From NCBI GenBank assembly GCA_963732385.1, contig CAVSZB010000007.1:64001-128000 (forward strand): 64,000 bases of DNA. The letters are read 5' to 3'. This document shows positions 63,054 to 64,000 of this stretch, piece after piece (within the stretch, counting starts at the first letter, position 1; every line of letters starts with the position of its first letter). The notes beneath the pieces are model-generated. The model searched no databases. It saw only the letters and a program-made list of their open reading frames with translations, and was not told the origin of the DNA. Source of the DNA: an uncultured bacterium. GTDB taxonomy: Bacteria > Krumholzibacteriota > Krumholzibacteriia > LZORAL124-64-63. The translations under genes were made by a program, and so were the position numbers.

Positions 63054-64000
63054 AACGGCGCGCCGGCGGACGGCTGTTCAAACTGCAGATCGCGGTGGTG
63101 GGCGCGGGGCTGGTCCTGCTGGCCCGGCTCGTGGCCCTGCAACTGTTCGGACATGCGGACTACCTGGCGCAGGCGCAGGCGCAGTGGCGCCATCGCGAGG
63201 AGCTGGTTCCCGAGCGCGGCAACATCTACGATCGCAACGGCCGACCGCTGGCCCTCTCCGCGACGACCTGGCGGGTCGGTGTGGCGACCTCGCAGGTGCG
63301 CCGGCCCGAGGCGCTGGCCGGTCGGCTCGCCCGCTGCCTGCCGGTCGATTCCGCACGGGTGGTGGCGAGCATCCGCGGCCCCCGCGGCGGGCACTTCGTA
63401 GTGCACAAGGAGGCGGTGCTGCGCCGCGGCGCGCTCGACTCCCTGCGCCAGACGGAAGGGGTCACGCTGGAGCCGCTCTGTGACCGTCTCTACCCGCTCG
63501 ACGGCGCCGGCGCCTCGCTGATCGGTTTCCATCGCGAGGATACGCGCGGCTCGGTCTCGACCGGTCTGGAGCGCAGCCTCGGCGCCACGCTCTCGGGTGA
63601 GCCGGGCGTCGCCTGGCGCATCGATTCCCCGCGGACCGACCGCCCGCTCGGCTCCATCGTCCTGCAGGAACCGGTCCACGGACATCACCTCGTGCTGACG
63701 CTCGACGCCGATGTCCAGCAGCTCTGCGAGGAGGAACTGGCGCGCGCAGTGCAGGAGTGCGGCGCCCGGGGCGGCGCCGTAGTGGTCGTCGAGCCGCAGT
63801 CGGGCGAGGTCGTGGCGATCGCCGCCTGCCCCCTCATCCGCGAGCGTGAGCACGCGGGGGGCGACCTGGCGGTCTGGAACAACTTCGCCCTGACCGGCAT
63901 CTACGAACCGGGTTCGGTCTTCAAGATCTTCTCGTCCGCGGTGTTGCTGCGCCACGGCGCGATCGACTCCAACACGGTCTACGACTGCTCCAACGACAAC
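63050..64000 (+). CDS. ftsI: Penicillin-binding protein FtsI/PBP3 (5' part; runs off window end)
   Basis: Manual translation from GTG 63050: TM ..LLARLVALQL, PERGNIYDRNGRPLA, LTLDADVQ, EPQSGEVVA, YEPGSVFK (SxxK active site). Confidence 0.95.
   Translation, partial: MKRRAGGRLFKLQIAVVGAGLVLLARLVALQLFGHADYLAQAQAQWRHREELVPERGNIYDRNGRPLALSATTWRVGVATSQVRRPEALAGRLARCLPVDSARVVASIRGPRGGHFVVHKEAVLRRGALDSLRQTEGVTLEPLCDRLYPLDGAGASLIGFHREDTRGSVSTGLERSLGATLSGEPGVAWRIDSPRTDRPLGSIVLQEPVHGHHLVLTLDADVQQLCEEELARAVQECGARGGAVVVVEPQSGEVVAIAACPLIREREHAGGDLAVWNNFALTGIYEPGSVFKIFSSAVLLRHGAIDSNTVYDCSNDN

Noticed and set aside
1..64000. CRISPR arrays, IS/transposases, integrases, prophage or defence genes, including integration at tRNA-Gln
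   Set aside because: No regularly spaced repeats, no recombinase motifs and no duplicated tRNA 3' end; prs follows the tRNA directly.

Overview
A very GC-rich bacterial chromosomal segment, almost all on the + strand, with no mobile elements, CRISPR arrays or rRNA. Core genes in order: tex (partial), thpR-recA-recX, ispE-spoVG-tRNA-Gln-prs-rplY-pth, rpsF-rpsR-DUF2232-rplI, selA, smc-ftsY, an FMN riboswitch with ribD-ribE-ribBA-ribH-nusB, and the start of the dcw cluster (mraZ, a STAS gene, rsmH, ftsL, partial ftsI). Between these lie two envelope-glycan blocks (6.1-12.3 kb and 38.9-60.4 kb) and several cell-envelope genes: a PrsA-like lipoprotein, an LpoA-like protein, a TonB-C protein, a double amidase and a SPOR protein. 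The gene content (T9SS/FlgD-type C-terminal domain, DUF2723, spoVG, TonB) suggests a diderm FCB-group lineage such as Latescibacterota/Krumholzibacteriota; this is inference only. The strongest leads are: (1) a PorZ-like propeller gene directly followed by dehydratase, aminotransferase, FemAB/VimA-like acyltransferase and flippase genes, resembling an operon for a T9SS cargo-anchoring glycan; (2) a DUF2723 (TMEM260-like) plus YfhO GT-C glycosylation system with its polyprenyl-P-sugar donor enzymes; (3) a STAS gene lacking the phospho-acceptor Ser inserted between mraZ and rsmH; (4) a pseudo-ATPase-TM-SPOR protein between selA and smc. All calls rest on motif recognition by eye. No database searches or folding programs were run.
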